From positions 11,314 through 75,313 of the forward strand of contig DYLU01000002.1 of assembly GCA_020721905.1 (NCBI GenBank): 64,000 nucleotides of DNA, written 5' to 3'. Of the stretch, positions 47,255 through 58,306 are shown piece after piece. The notes under the pieces were generated by a model, which saw only the letters and a program-made list of their open reading frames with translations, made no database searches and was not told the origin of the DNA. Source of the DNA: Leptospira biflexa (GTDB taxonomy: Bacteria; Spirochaetota; UBA4802; UB4802). The number at the start of each line of letters is the position of its first letter. Positions within the stretch are counted from its first letter, which is position 1. The translations under genes were made by a program, and so were the position numbers.

Positions 47255-49075
47255 ATGAAAATTAGCAAATTCCTTTTTGCAACGTATATCTTCATTATAT
47301 TCATGATTTTTCCCACATTTTATGGATTCGCTGATACTACCATTGCAATCCATCTTGATCAGGAAATATTAAATGTAAAACCAAATACAAAAGCCTGTGC
47401 TATTGTACACATAGATTTGCCCACAAAAGGCTATATCTATGCCAACCCCAAAGGTGAGGGAACCGGAAAAGCAACAACCGCTAATGCAAAAGCAACCCAA
47501 CATATAGTACCAGGAAAAACGCGCTATCTTCCCGGAACCTTTTATATTTCACCTCTTGATAGCAAACCGGTGTATATTTATAAAAAGCACACCTCGCTCT
47601 GTATTCCATTCACAATAAATACAGCACAAGAAGGCTCATATTCTTTATCATTCATAATTGAGGCTTTATATTGCAATGATGTATCCTGCACCCCCGTACT
47701 GCAAACTGTTACCCAGATAATTAACGTTGATAAATCAGCACCTGATTTTGATACATCATTATGCACCACATATAAAGAGCCTGACGATATAATTCACACA
47801 GTAAATAAAGAAGACACGTCCGGTCATTTTAATATAATAGATGCAGGTGGTAGCTCAACACTGAGTTTGTTTCATGCAATCATTTTTGGAATTCTTGCAG
47901 GCTTTTTACTCAACTTTATGCCCTGTGTACTTCCTGTAATAAGCCTTAAAATTTTAAGTTTTATATCATATGGCAACAACAAACCAGGGAAGGTAAGGAT
48001 AATGGGATTGCTGTTTACCGCAGGGATATTAACATCTTTCTTGGCACTGGCTTCGCTTGCAGCATTTGCCGGTTATAACTGGGGTGAGCTTTTTCAACAT
48101 AAAATTTTTATTATTATCATGGCAGCCATAATTTTTGCACTGGCTTTATCGTTTTTTGGTGTGTATACATTCAATATTCCACAGCTCTCACTATTGCAAA
48201 GTGCCAATGTCTATTTAGATTCATATTTCAAAGGAATAGTTGCCACACTTCTTGCTACCCCCTGCAGTGGTCCTTTTTTGGGGGCTACACTGGCATGGTC
48301 ATTAACGCAGCATCCTGTAATAATTTTTATAATTTTTATTAACATTGGTCTTGGCATGTCACTTCCATACCTGCTTTTATCATTTTATCCGTCACTTATC
48401 AGATTCATCCCCAAATCCGGAGACTGGATGATAACATTTGAGCAGTTTATGGGATTTTTAATGGTTGCCACCACCATCTACCTTATATCATTACTTGATG
48501 CAGGTACATTGACAACAACTATCTGGTTTTTGTTACTTGTATCCATTGGATTATGGCAATGGGGGCGGTTTGGGAATATAACAAAACCATCAATACAGCG
48601 AATAATTTCATTTGTTGTGCTTGTGCTACTTGTTGTTTCTGCTAGCATGATATTTTCCAGCAAAAAAACATCAAAAGCTGAAATAACCTACAAGCCTTTT
48701 GACTGGGAGGAGATAGTTCATAACAATACATCACAGGTTTCAATGGTCATTTTTACTGCTGAGTGGTGCCCCAACTGCAAATTCGTTGAGGCTACAGCAT
48801 TATCATCTTCCAGTATTATTGAATTCATATATAAAAATAATATCTCTGTCTACAAAGCCGATATCACCACAAAGAATCCGCCAGCAGAGAGCATATTACT
48901 ACAACTTGGTTCACGATCGATACCGTTTGTGGCTATCTTCCCTTCAGGAGGTAATTTTTCACAGCCTGTTATACTGCGTGATATTTATACAGCAAAAGAT
49001 TTATTGAAGGCTTTGCAAAAAGCCCTGGAATTGAGTAAACAATCAGAGATCCCTCAACTGATGACTATCCCTTAA
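47255..49075 (+). CDS. dsbD: thiol:disulfide interchange protein DsbD-like (N-terminal domain + CcdA-type membrane core + thioredoxin-like domain)
   Basis: Membrane-core Cys motifs NFMPCVLPV and TPCSGPFLG, and a C-terminal thioredoxin motif AEWCPNC. GAAGGAG SD. Confidence 0.85.
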   Translation: MKISKFLFATYIFIIFMIFPTFYGFADTTIAIHLDQEILNVKPNTKACAIVHIDLPTKGYIYANPKGEGTGKATTANAKATQHIVPGKTRYLPGTFYISPLDSKPVYIYKKHTSLCIPFTINTAQEGSYSLSFIIEALYCNDVSCTPVLQTVTQIINVDKSAPDFDTSLCTTYKEPDDIIHTVNKEDTSGHFNIIDAGGSSTLSLFHAIIFGILAGFLLNFMPCVLPVISLKILSFISYGNNKPGKVRIMGLLFTAGILTSFLALASLAAFAGYNWGELFQHKIFIIIMAAIIFALALSFFGVYTFNIPQLSLLQSANVYLDSYFKGIVATLLATPCSGPFLGATLAWSLTQHPVIIFIIFINIGLGMSLPYLLLSFYPSLIRFIPKSGDWMITFEQFMGFLMVATTIYLISLLDAGTLTTTIWFLLLVSIGLWQWGRFGNITKPSIQRIISFVVLVLLVVSASMIFSSKKTSKAEITYKPFDWEEIVHNNTSQVSMVIFTAEWCPNCKFVEATALSSSSIIEFIYKNNISVYKADITTKNPPAESILLQLGSRSIPFVAIFPSGGNFSQPVILRDIYTAKDLLKALQKALELSKQSEIPQLMTIP

Positions 49076-49085
49076 AGGTATACCA

Positions 49086-49610
49086 ATGCAATCACTCAAA
49101 TATTACCATGAACTAATACAAAAAGTTGATGCATTTACAGACTCTGTCGTTTCAAAGTACGGCTACCAATTGCATTGCAGAGAGGGCTGCAGCAGTTGTT
49201 GTATACTGGAAAGTGTAATGCCCGTTGAACTTGTATCAATAGCACAATGGTTTGCAAAACAACCTGAATCAATACGATCTATAATTAAACAGGGAGATAC
49301 ACATTTCTGTATGTTTTTGCATAACAATAGATGCATTATCTATCCCATAAGACCTGTAATTTGCAGAACCCATGGCTACCCGGTCTTCATCCATAACAGT
49401 GTTGATATCTGCCCATTAAATAATAATATAAGCTTTGAACCAGAGTATATTCTTAATTTAGAGAACTGTAATACAATGCTTGCAGCTATTAATATTTTAT
49501 TCATTAAGGAAGTACAGATTCCTGCATTACAGACAGAACGCATTAATCTACGGGCGTTTTTTCAAAGCTCTGAAACCGATATCCTTTCTATAGTGCATAC
49601 CCTCAAATGA
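49086..49610 (+). CDS. YkgJ-family cysteine-cluster protein (second copy)
   Basis: CREGCSSCC, then CMFLHNNRCIIYPIRPVICRTHG. The 3' end overlaps the purD 3' end by 63 nt. Confidence 0.65.
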   Translation: MQSLKYYHELIQKVDAFTDSVVSKYGYQLHCREGCSSCCILESVMPVELVSIAQWFAKQPESIRSIIKQGDTHFCMFLHNNRCIIYPIRPVICRTHGYPVFIHNSVDICPLNNNISFEPEYILNLENCNTMLAAINILFIKEVQIPALQTERINLRAFFQSSETDILSIVHTLK

Positions 49611-50798
49611 TACTCTCGGTATAGCATTATATACTTTCTGGTAGGCTTCTTCTAAACTGTCAGCTATTGCCGTAATATTCAGCACTCTTCCGCCACTGGT
49701 AAGTAACTGTCCATCCCGTTTGGTACCTGCATGAAAAACAAGAATATCCTCCGGCAGCAGATCCAATCCTGTAATAGGCAAACCTGTTGTATATGAACCG
49801 GGATAGCCGCCTGAGGCAAGTACCACAGTAATAGCATGTTTATTCCTGAATGTAAGATTTATACCGGAAAGTTTCCCATCAATAGATGCCGTTATGTAAT
49901 CACCCAATTTACCGCTTAAAAGAGGTAACAGAACCTGTGTTTCAGGATCACCAAAGCGAACATTGAATTCCAGTACTTTAATATCATTGCCTTTAATAAT
50001 GAGGCCGGCATACAGTATCCCAACAAAAGGTATGCCCTCGTTTTTCATACCCAGAATCACCGGTTGAAGAATTTCCCTGTGCACCCTTTCCAGTATTCTG
50101 CTGGTAACTACCGGAGCCGGTGCATATGCACCCATACCGCCAGTGTTTGGTCCTTCATCATTATCATATACCCGCTTATGGTCCTGGGCAGCAATAAACG
50201 GCAACACTGTTGTACCGTCACTGATCCCCAGTACAGATGCTTCTTCACCATCACAAAAATCCTCAACAAAAACTTTTGCGTTATCTTTGACCATCTCATG
50301 AATAAACTGCAGTGCAGTCTCCCTTTCCCTGCACACCCCTACGCCCTTACCTGCAGCAAGTCCATCTAACTTTATGACAACCGGGAATACCGCTGAAGAT
50401 TCAATATAGCCTATCAGTGATTCTTTGCCTTTAAATTCCCTGAAATGAGCAGTGGGTACATTATATTTTTGCATGATATATTTTGCAAAAAGCTTGCTTC
50501 CTTCAAGCTGTGCAGCCTGAGTTGTTGGACCAAATACTGTAATGCCTCTATTCTGTAAAAAATCAACCACCCCATCAACAAGAGGGGCTTCAGGTCCAAT
50601 TATGACAATATCAATATTTTTTTGTTTACATATAGTATACAATGATTCAAAATCATTCACCGCAATCTGAATTCTGAACCTTTCATCAATACCACCATTA
50701 CCGGGTGCAACATATACCTCACTGGCACTGCCATCATGAAGTAACCTCCATGCAATGGCATGTTCACGCCCGCCAGATCCTACTACTAAATATCTCAT
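49548..50798 (-). CDS. purD: phosphoribosylamine-glycine ligase
   Basis: MRYLVVGSGGREHAIAWRL N-terminus, an ATP-grasp core, and C-terminal YRKDIG. Confidence 0.93.
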   Translation of the reverse strand: MRYLVVGSGGREHAIAWRLLHDGSASEVYVAPGNGGIDERFRIQIAVNDFESLYTICKQKNIDIVIIGPEAPLVDGVVDFLQNRGITVFGPTTQAAQLEGSKLFAKYIMQKYNVPTAHFREFKGKESLIGYIESSAVFPVVIKLDGLAAGKGVGVCRERETALQFIHEMVKDNAKVFVEDFCDGEEASVLGISDGTTVLPFIAAQDHKRVYDNDEGPNTGGMGAYAPAPVVTSRILERVHREILQPVILGMKNEGIPFVGILYAGLIIKGNDIKVLEFNVRFGDPETQVLLPLLSGKLGDYITASIDGKLSGINLTFRNKHAITVVLASGGYPGSYTTGLPITGLDLLPEDILVFHAGTKRDGQLLTSGGRVLNITAIADSLEEAYQKVYNAIPRVSFEGMHYRKDIGFRALKKRP

Positions 50799-50973
50799 TG
50801 ATTCCTCCTGTAATATGCTGGTCTTGTTGTAAACAAGAGATATAATTTTTCAATCATTTTATGCATACACCTTTCGTGCGTACAATATTTTTTATTTACT
50901 ATAAGAATAATTCTTGAACTTACACTATGTACAGTATATGAGATAACAACACTCTTGTATAAGGAGGTTTGCT

Positions 50974-51849
50974 ATGCGCCTTAGTAATGAAGCAAAAGTT
51001 GGGCTTCTGGTTATGACAAGCTTTACGCTTTTTATTGTACTGGTTGGACTGTTAACAAAATTTAACATTTCACAAAAAGGGTACCGGTTACATGTATATT
51101 TTGGATTTTTAAACGACCTTCGTGTTGGAGCTCCTGTCAAAATTGGTGGTGGCATTAAGATTGGATATGTTGACGAGATACGCCAGACAGGTGAAAAAAC
51201 TGATGTTATACTATGGATAGATAAGGGATACCGGTTATCAAAAGCAGCAACATTTTCAATCTTTACATCGGGCATGATTGGGGAAAAATATATTAATGTT
51301 GTCATTCCTCCAATCAGTGATGATGTTGGTTTTCTCAACGACGGGGATATGAAGTATGGTATTGATCCTGCAAGCTTTGACCAGATGATGCAGACCTTCC
51401 AGAGCTTTATGCAGGATAAAAGCGGTGCCCAGATCCTTGCAGAGATATTCCAGAATTCCAATAAATTTGTAGCAAACTTAAATAAAATGGTTGATGAAAA
51501 CCGCTATGATGTTCGACAGTCAGTTGGTACTGCACGTGCAGCTATTGTAACTTTTTCCCAGCAATTGCAGCAATTTATGAATCAGATGAACGTTATTTCC
51601 AAAAATATGGCATATATCTCTGAAAAAAACCGCGAAGATATTACCATTACATTGCAAAATCTTTCCGAACTTACATCAAGCATGAATAAAATTGCATACC
51701 GACTTGAAAAGGGCCGTGGAACAATGGGTAAGCTTTTATATGACGAAGAAATTTATACTAACATACGTGATGCATCTATTTCAGCAAAAGAACTTTTTTC
51801 AAGGCTTGAAAAAGATCCATCATTACTACTCTTTAAGCAGAAAAAATAA
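50974..51849 (+). CDS. MlaD/MCE-domain protein
   Basis: N-terminal TM segment, then an MCE-like barrel region (GYRLHVYF..LNDLRVGAPVKIGGGIKIGYVDEI) and a long helical C-terminus. No mlaE/mlaF genes nearby. Confidence 0.6.
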   Translation: MRLSNEAKVGLLVMTSFTLFIVLVGLLTKFNISQKGYRLHVYFGFLNDLRVGAPVKIGGGIKIGYVDEIRQTGEKTDVILWIDKGYRLSKAATFSIFTSGMIGEKYINVVIPPISDDVGFLNDGDMKYGIDPASFDQMMQTFQSFMQDKSGAQILAEIFQNSNKFVANLNKMVDENRYDVRQSVGTARAAIVTFSQQLQQFMNQMNVISKNMAYISEKNREDITITLQNLSELTSSMNKIAYRLEKGRGTMGKLLYDEEIYTNIRDASISAKELFSRLEKDPSLLLFKQKK

Positions 51850-51851
51850 CA

Positions 51852-53201
51852 ATGCCTAAAAAACAAAAAACAATATATGTTTGCAATGAATGCGGGGCAA
51901 CATTCCAAAAATGGTTAGGTAAATGCCCGGAATGCAGTGCCTGGAATACCATCGTTGAAGAAATACAGGATACTCCTGTTTCAAAAAGTGAAAAGCCTTT
52001 TGAAAATTCCATTCATCCCCTTTCACAGATGCTGTCAGAAACTATTCAGCGTATTCCAACCTGTATTGGCGAATTTGATCTGGTATGCGGCGGAGGAGTG
52101 GTCCCCGGTTCCATCATCCTGCTGGGTGGTGAACCAGGTATAGGTAAATCCACGCTGGCCTTACAGGTAGCTCAACACTGCAACACCCTGTACTGCTCCG
52201 GCGAAGAAACCCTGCAACAGATACACTTACGCTCACGCCGCCTCAATATCAAGCCTGATTCAATACATCTATCTTCAGTTACCGATATTGACCATATTGA
52301 AGCACTCATACGAACCAACATCCCTCAGCTTGTCATTATCGACTCTATCCAGACTCTGTATTCTAAAGATATAACGTCACCCGTTGGTTCCGTAAGCCAG
52401 ATTCGCTATACCGCCTCACGGCTTGCTGATATTGCAAGGCAAACGCAAACCTGCATACTGTTAATCGGGCATATCACCAAGGATGGCTCCATTGCTGGTC
52501 CAAAAATACTGGAGCATATGGTTGATACAGTACTCTACTTTGAAGGTGACTTTACTCGTGACTATCGCATATTACGTGCCTTTAAAAACCGTTTTGGCTC
52601 AATTAATGAGATTGCATTATTTACCATGACCGCCACTGGATTAACTGAAGTAAAGGACAAGAACAAACTATTTGTTCAATCACACGATGCAAGCTTCCCG
52701 GGAAGTGCTATCAGTGCCACCATAGAGGGAACGCGAACCATACTCTTTGAAGCGCAATCGCTTGTTACCGCAACAAGCTTTTCTAACCCTCGCAGGATGG
52801 CAGATGGTTTTGATGTTAACAGGCTTAATCTGCTTGTTGCAGTCATTGAAAAGCATGCAAAGATTTCATTAAGCTCCTTTGACATATTTATTAATGTTGC
52901 AGGCGGATTTACGATCGATGATACATCATGCGACCTTGCAATAGCAGCCGCCATTATATCAAGCTTAAAAAATATTGTCATTCCGCATTCAACCGGCATC
53001 ATTGGCGAATTATCGCTTTCCGGACAGGTCCGCTCTGCAAGCCACTCGGTACGCAGGCTATCTGAATTTTTAAACTCCGGGATAACTACCATCATTTTAC
53101 CCCGCAATAATGTAACTGAGGTTTCAAATACTGGCTTTGCAGGAACATTAATACCTTTAACCACTATCGCGGAGCTTACACAAATTTTACAGCATCTTTG
53201 A
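51852..53201 (+). CDS. radA: DNA repair protein RadA/Sms
   Basis: Zn finger CNECGATFQKWLGKCPECSAWNT, Walker A GGEPGIGKST, the KNRFG motif, and a Lon-like C-terminus. Confidence 0.93.
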   Translation: MPKKQKTIYVCNECGATFQKWLGKCPECSAWNTIVEEIQDTPVSKSEKPFENSIHPLSQMLSETIQRIPTCIGEFDLVCGGGVVPGSIILLGGEPGIGKSTLALQVAQHCNTLYCSGEETLQQIHLRSRRLNIKPDSIHLSSVTDIDHIEALIRTNIPQLVIIDSIQTLYSKDITSPVGSVSQIRYTASRLADIARQTQTCILLIGHITKDGSIAGPKILEHMVDTVLYFEGDFTRDYRILRAFKNRFGSINEIALFTMTATGLTEVKDKNKLFVQSHDASFPGSAISATIEGTRTILFEAQSLVTATSFSNPRRMADGFDVNRLNLLVAVIEKHAKISLSSFDIFINVAGGFTIDDTSCDLAIAAAIISSLKNIVIPHSTGIIGELSLSGQVRSASHSVRRLSEFLNSGITTIILPRNNVTEVSNTGFAGTLIPLTTIAELTQILQHL

Positions 53202-53249
53202 TTTTTAGGTTGATTATTGCAACATTGTACGTAATACTTATGCAAATAA

Positions 53250-53278
53250 TTGAAATATAGTATGCTCCATGCTATATC
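53250..53278 (+). promoter_or_regulatory. candidate sigma70-type promoter for guaB
   Basis: TTGAAA, 17-nt spacer, TATATC, about 58 nt upstream of ATG 53336. Confidence 0.3.
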
Positions 53279-53335
53279 TTATATAACACCACAGCACTAT
53301 AGAAAATATCATTCATTGACTCATAGAGGTAACAC

Positions 53336-54832
53336 ATGAAACCAAAAGACGGCTATTCAGCTGAAGAGCTTTTCAACTCCACACAGGGGCTATCATATAA
53401 CGATTTTATTATCTTACCCGGTTATATTGACTTTAACCCTGACGATGTTGATTTAGAAACACAATTAACCCGCAATATTAAACTCAAACGGCCTCTGGTA
53501 TCCAGCCCTATGGACACTGTGACTGAATCTAAGATGGCTATCAGTTTGGCATTATTAGGTGGTATTGGGATTATTCATTACAACAATACCATTGAGGAAC
53601 AGGTAGCTCAGGTACAAAAAGTTAAACGATTTGAAAATGGATTTATTACAGACCCGGTTGTTTTATCTCCTGAACATACTATTAGCCATATTGATGAAAT
53701 TAAGGAAAAATTTGGCTTTTCAGGCATACCCATCACTGTTGATGGCAAATTAGGTTCAAAACTGGTAGGCATTGTTACCAACAGGGATATCGATTTTGAA
53801 ACCGACAGGTCAAAAAAAATTAAAGATGTGATGACCACCGACCTGGTCACTGCAAAGATTGGTATTGTACTGGCACAGGCAAATGAGATACTTAAAAAAT
53901 CAAAAAAGGGCAAATTGCCGATAGTTGATAATGAAGGAAGACTTGTTGCTCTGATGAGCCGTAATGACCTTGTTACCAACAGAGAATATCCATTTGCATC
54001 AAAAGATGGCAATAAGCAGCTTATGGTTGGAGCAGCCATTTCCACCAAGGATGAATCAAAAGAGCGATTGCAGGAACTTGTTGAAGCTGGCGTCAATGTT
54101 GTGATCATAGATGCAGCACAGGGAAACTCCATCTACCAGATAGAGATGATTAAATATATTAAAAAGAAATACCCTGAACTTGATGTCATTGCAGGTAATG
54201 TTGTAACCATTGAGCAATGTGAAAACCTTATTAAGGCAGGAGCAGATGCATTGCGCATCGGCATGGGTCCAGGCTCAATCTGTACTACACAGGTTTCCAT
54301 GGCTGTTGGCCGTGCACAATCAACTGCGGTATACCGCTGCAGCAAGTTTGCAAAACAACATAATATACCAACAATTGCAGACGGCGGCATTGCCACAATG
54401 GGGCATATAGCCAAGGCACTAGCAATTGGTGCATCAACTGCAATGATGGGCTCCATGTTTGCCGGTACCGAAGAAGCCCCCGGGGAATATTTTTATGAAA
54501 ATGGTGTGCGCCTCAAACGCTATCGCGGCATGGCTTCACTGGAAGCAATGGAAAAAGGCGGTTCAAAGCGATATTTTGCTGAAGATTCCAAGATACTCGT
54601 TGCACAGGGAGTTTCCGGCGCTGTAGTTGATAAAGGGTCAATGTTTGATTATGTGCCATATCTGGTGCAGGGTTTGAAACACGCATTTCAGGATATGGGT
54701 GTGCGTACTATTAAAGAGCTTCACGAAAAGCTCTATAAACAAGACCTTCGCTTTGAATTGCGTTCTCTGTCAGCTCAAATCGAAGGTGGTGTGCACAACA
54801 TTTATTCATATAAAGAACCAAAGTATCTGTAG
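53336..54832 (+). CDS. guaB: IMP dehydrogenase
   Basis: Catalytic loop [11 protein letters not shown], an embedded CBS pair, and IADGGI. Confidence 0.95.
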   Translation: MKPKDGYSAEELFNSTQGLSYNDFIILPGYIDFNPDDVDLETQLTRNIKLKRPLVSSPMDTVTESKMAISLALLGGIGIIHYNNTIEEQVAQVQKVKRFENGFITDPVVLSPEHTISHIDEIKEKFGFSGIPITVDGKLGSKLVGIVTNRDIDFETDRSKKIKDVMTTDLVTAKIGIVLAQANEILKKSKKGKLPIVDNEGRLVALMSRNDLVTNREYPFASKDGNKQLMVGAAISTKDESKERLQELVEAGVNVVIIDAAQGNSIYQIEMIKYIKKKYPELDVIAGNVVTIEQCENLIKAGADALRIGMGPGSICTTQVSMAVGRAQSTAVYRCSKFAKQHNIPTIADGGIATMGHIAKALAIGASTAMMGSMFAGTEEAPGEYFYENGVRLKRYRGMASLEAMEKGGSKRYFAEDSKILVAQGVSGAVVDKGSMFDYVPYLVQGLKHAFQDMGVRTIKELHEKLYKQDLRFELRSLSAQIEGGVHNIYSYKEPKYL

Positions 54833-54835
54833 CTA

Positions 54836-55501
54836 TTACATCACTGATGTAATAATTCGTATGATGTCACCGGGTGCGTGGGCTATTGCATTGGGATGAT
54901 GCTGCAAAAGTAACGTCACAGGTCTGTAACCCCAGCTTACGCCTATACTGTACATACCGCATGTATGAGCCATTTCAATATCCGTAACCGAATCACCAAT
55001 CATGGCAATGTGCGATGGTTCTATGCCCATGGTGCGTGCAATGAGCAGTCCACCATACGGATCAGGTTTACGGGGTATGGAATCCTGCAATCCTAAAATT
55101 ACGCTGAATGCAGTATCTGGAAAATAGTGTTCAGCCATCGCTACAGTAAACTCATGTGATTTATTGGAAAAAACGGCAATTGAAATTTTCTTGTTCGATA
55201 GTTCCTTTAAAAGGTCATGCACGCCCGGATACGGTTTTGTTTCCCTGTTCCAGTTTTTTGCATACTCATCCTTTAATTCAGCAACAAGTTTTGTAATTTC
55301 GTCTTCTGTACCGTTTGCCCCAGCCGCACGCTGGATGAGCATTGTCATTCCATCACCAATAAACTGCTTATATGCCTCTACCGGGTGTGTGCGATACCCA
55401 TAGTGTGTCAGGACAGTGTTTACACTGTATGCCAGATCAGCTATAGTATCCAGAAGTGTCCCATCCAGATCAAATATGATACCTTTAATTCCCATGTGCA
55501 A
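54836..55501 (-). CDS. HAD-superfamily hydrolase (phosphoglycolate phosphatase-like)
   Basis: Motif I IIFDLDGTLLDT, motif II SNK, and motif IV GDSVTD. Confidence 0.8.
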   Translation of the reverse strand: MHMGIKGIIFDLDGTLLDTIADLAYSVNTVLTHYGYRTHPVEAYKQFIGDGMTMLIQRAAGANGTEDEITKLVAELKDEYAKNWNRETKPYPGVHDLLKELSNKKISIAVFSNKSHEFTVAMAEHYFPDTAFSVILGLQDSIPRKPDPYGGLLIARTMGIEPSHIAMIGDSVTDIEMAHTCGMYSIGVSWGYRPVTLLLQHHPNAIAHAPGDIIRIITSVM

Positions 55502-56275
55502 TTATTTTTGCCCCGATGATTCAAGCCAGTTTTTAAATTTATACTGCTGGGCTTTGGCATAACACCACAGGGAAAACGGAAGAATCCTGTTTATAATCAT
55601 CATACATCTGAATATTTTTGAAGGGAACACATACCGTTTATTTTTCAGTATTCCTTTGACAACTTCTTGTGCAACCTTTTGTGGTGTTTGTGTGGGGAAA
55701 GGTACTGGTGTTCTTTCGCCTGCTGTTTTAAAAAATTCAGTTCTGGTTGCTATTGGATAAACCACTAAAAGGTGAATGTTTCTATCCTTTTCAAAATTAA
55801 ATGAATAAGCAAACCCGTCAAGAGCAGCCTTGGTAGCTGAATATAATGCATACCCCGGCAACGGTAGTTTTGCCATTGCAGAGGCAGTAAATACAATACA
55901 TGCTTCTTTCCCTTTACTTATCTCCATCAACTTCTCAAGAAAATAAATTGGGGCAATATAATTTACCGAAACTATTTTGTGGATATGATTGTAATCGGCT
56001 TTTTGTAATTTTTCAAAGTAGGCAAAACCAGCATTTGCAATACAAATATCTATCTTTCCCATAACGGCAAGTGCTTTCTTAAACAACATGTCTATATCTT
56101 TATGCTTGCTTACATCACAGCGCACCGCTTTTATATTTTTATTTTGTGCGATAGCTCCCGGATTAAGATCTCCAACCACAATTTTTGTATTGTATTTTGT
56201 TAACTCTTCCAGCAAAGCTTTCCCTATCCCGGATGAAGCACCTGTCAATACTATGCATTTATTGTTAAGATCCAT
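55502..56275 (-). CDS. SDR-family oxidoreductase
   Basis: TGASSGIGKA cofactor motif and the YSATKAA catalytic motif. Confidence 0.85.
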   Translation of the reverse strand: MDLNNKCIVLTGASSGIGKALLEELTKYNTKIVVGDLNPGAIAQNKNIKAVRCDVSKHKDIDMLFKKALAVMGKIDICIANAGFAYFEKLQKADYNHIHKIVSVNYIAPIYFLEKLMEISKGKEACIVFTASAMAKLPLPGYALYSATKAALDGFAYSFNFEKDRNIHLLVVYPIATRTEFFKTAGERTPVPFPTQTPQKVAQEVVKGILKNKRYVFPSKIFRCMMIINRILPFSLWCYAKAQQYKFKNWLESSGQK

Positions 56276-56380
56276 CCTGCACCTCTCTGTAAGATTTTTT
56301 AATTTTGGCTTAAACTATAGCAGAACTTAAATATTGCAAGAAGAATTCATTGGCTCATGAAACCCATTACATTTTGATAC

Positions 56381-56408
56381 TTGACAATTTTCATACAGCC
56401 ATTACAAT
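56381..56408 (+). promoter_or_regulatory. candidate sigma70-type promoter
   Basis: TTGACA, 16-nt spacer, TACAAT, ending 25 nt upstream of ATG 56434. Confidence 0.45.
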
Positions 56409-56433
56409 TTTTGAAGAATATGTATGAAAAGCC

Positions 56434-57039
56434 ATGGTTAAGCCACTGAAAACTATTGAAAAACTTAAAAATGGCCAGGCTGTCACCATAGTTGCTCTGG
56501 GCGATTCATTAACCTATGGGTGGATGGTTGATAAAGGTTATATTGATTATTTCCATGATTTTCTAACATCGCATTACCCAACAGCATCAATTACCATAAT
56601 CAATAAAGGCATACCGGGCGACACAGCCGATGGTGGATTACACCGTGTTTCGTATGATGTCATTTCATACAAACCTGATTGCGTGCTTATACAGTTTGCA
56701 TTGAATGATTACGCATGCGGGTATTCACCCCGTGTATTTGGGAACTACATACGGGCAATAATCAATGCTATACAGGCACAATTGCCATCTGATATTGTAC
56801 TGATAACTTCCGTTTGGTTTGGGGATTTTCCTGAAGCAAAAAATGCATATACATTATATGATACAATACTATCCATTGCTGATGAGTTTAAGCTTCCTGT
56901 ATCAAAAACACATGAATACTGGAAAAACGCTGTTACCAGGGGCACACCATTACAGGAACTTGTACAGTTTGATGGCGTACACCCAACCCAGGAAGGGTAC
57001 TATATAATGTCACAGGCATTACAGGATTTATTCAGTTGA
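56434..57039 (+). CDS. SGNH/GDSL-family hydrolase
   Basis: Block I VALGDSLTYG, block III FALND, and block V DGVHPT. Confidence 0.8.
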   Translation: MVKPLKTIEKLKNGQAVTIVALGDSLTYGWMVDKGYIDYFHDFLTSHYPTASITIINKGIPGDTADGGLHRVSYDVISYKPDCVLIQFALNDYACGYSPRVFGNYIRAIINAIQAQLPSDIVLITSVWFGDFPEAKNAYTLYDTILSIADEFKLPVSKTHEYWKNAVTRGTPLQELVQFDGVHPTQEGYYIMSQALQDLFS

Positions 57040-58306
57040 AGGGATATACTATTTCACCATTGCAGATAGTATATTCAACCTTACCAAAAAGCTCTCTTCC
57101 CATAAATGGCGTATTCTTACATCGCGAAATAATAAAATCTTCACTCACTGTAATCTTTTTATCAGGATTAATAACTGTAATATCAGCAACCGCACCTTCT
57201 TTTATATAGCCTCTATCAATACCAAGAATCTTGCAGGGATTTGTGGTCACCTTTTCAAATGCCTGTATAAAGCTAAAACCGTTCTCTTTAACAAGCACGG
57301 TAATAATTAATGGCACAGCAGTTTCAAGCCCTATAATGCCAAACGGTGCAAATGCTATCTCCTGCATCTTTTCATTGTGGAGATGAGGTGCATGGTCTGT
57401 AGCAATGACTTCTATAACGCCATTGCGCAACCCTTCAATAATTGCTTTTCTGTCCTCTTCCGTCCGTAATGGTGGGTTCATTTTTGCCATGGAAAGGTGT
57501 TCCGCTATGGCATCATCGGTCAGTGAAAAATAATGCGGTGCTGTCTCACAGGTTACCTGTATAGTATCCCTTTTAGCCATAGCAATAATCTCCAGTGAAC
57601 CTTTGGATGAAACATGTGCTACGTGCAATCTTCCTTTTGTTAGCCGTGTAAGCAATACATCGCGCGCAATCATAATCTCTTCAGCTTCACGGGGAATACC
57701 TTTTAAACCCAAAAAGATTGAATTGTTCCCTTCATTCATTATCCCATCACCAGATAATGTGATATCCTCTGCATGCGTTATGATTGGGACATTAAACATC
57801 CGGGAATACTCTAATGCGCGCCTCATAGTGGTTGAGTTCATAACGGGTTTACCATCATCGCTGAATGCAATTGCACCACCTTCAATCAGCTCACCCATCT
57901 CAGTAAGTTCCTGGCCCAGTGAACCTTTTGTTATAGCTGCAACAGGATAAACATTAATTGGTCCGGATTCAGCCTGCTTTTTTATGTATCGTACAAGCGC
58001 CTGATTATCAATCACGGGATTTGTATTTGGCATGGTACATACACTGGTGTACCCTGATTTAGCTGCAACCTTACAGCCCCCTGTGATAGTTTCAATATCC
58101 TCACGGCCGGGTTCTCTAAAATGTACGTGCATATCCACCAGCCCGGGAACCACAATGCAATCTTTTGCATTAATGAGCTGTGCATCATCCTTTGTAATAT
58201 TCTTATCTATCCTCATTACTTTGCCGTCTGCAATAAGAATATCAAATTCTTCATCAGTTTTAGAAGCAGGGTCAATTAATCTGCCATATTTAATTAACAA
58301 TTTCAT
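57032..58306 (-). CDS. pyrC: dihydroorotase
   Basis: DMHVHFREPG metal site and ATDHAPH. The start overlaps the pyrB stop by 1 nt. Confidence 0.92.
   Translation of the reverse strand: MKLLIKYGRLIDPASKTDEEFDILIADGKVMRIDKNITKDDAQLINAKDCIVVPGLVDMHVHFREPGREDIETITGGCKVAAKSGYTSVCTMPNTNPVIDNQALVRYIKKQAESGPINVYPVAAITKGSLGQELTEMGELIEGGAIAFSDDGKPVMNSTTMRRALEYSRMFNVPIITHAEDITLSGDGIMNEGNNSIFLGLKGIPREAEEIMIARDVLLTRLTKGRLHVAHVSSKGSLEIIAMAKRDTIQVTCETAPHYFSLTDDAIAEHLSMAKMNPPLRTEEDRKAIIEGLRNGVIEVIATDHAPHLHNEKMQEIAFAPFGIIGLETAVPLIITVLVKENGFSFIQAFEKVTTNPCKILGIDRGYIKEGAVADITVINPDKKITVSEDFIISRCKNTPFMGRELFGKVEYTICNGEIVYPFN

Noticed and set aside
49548-49610. 63-nt convergent overlap of the YkgJ-like gene with the purD 3' end
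   Set aside because: The purD C-terminus is canonical (YRKDIG...). The overlap only involves the unconserved tail of the YkgJ-like ORF, so it is a compact-genome feature rather than a functional signal.
50799-50973. Purine riboswitch upstream of purD, guaB leader elements, and a T-box upstream of leuS (36423-36571)
   Set aside because: The conserved purine-riboswitch cores (for example the UCUACC/CCGUAAA-type junction sequences) and the T-box motif are not visible, and the leaders are short.
52676-54456. Long antisense ORFs opposite radA and guaB (52676-53245, 53608-54132, 54133-54456). Similar ORFs lie opposite ppdK, leuS, fadH-like, yidC, mlaD (50925-51461) and others.
   Set aside because: These are shadow ORFs on the complement of strongly supported genes. 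Their products are Ser/Leu/Ile-rich and low-complexity, and they lack SDs and recognisable motifs.
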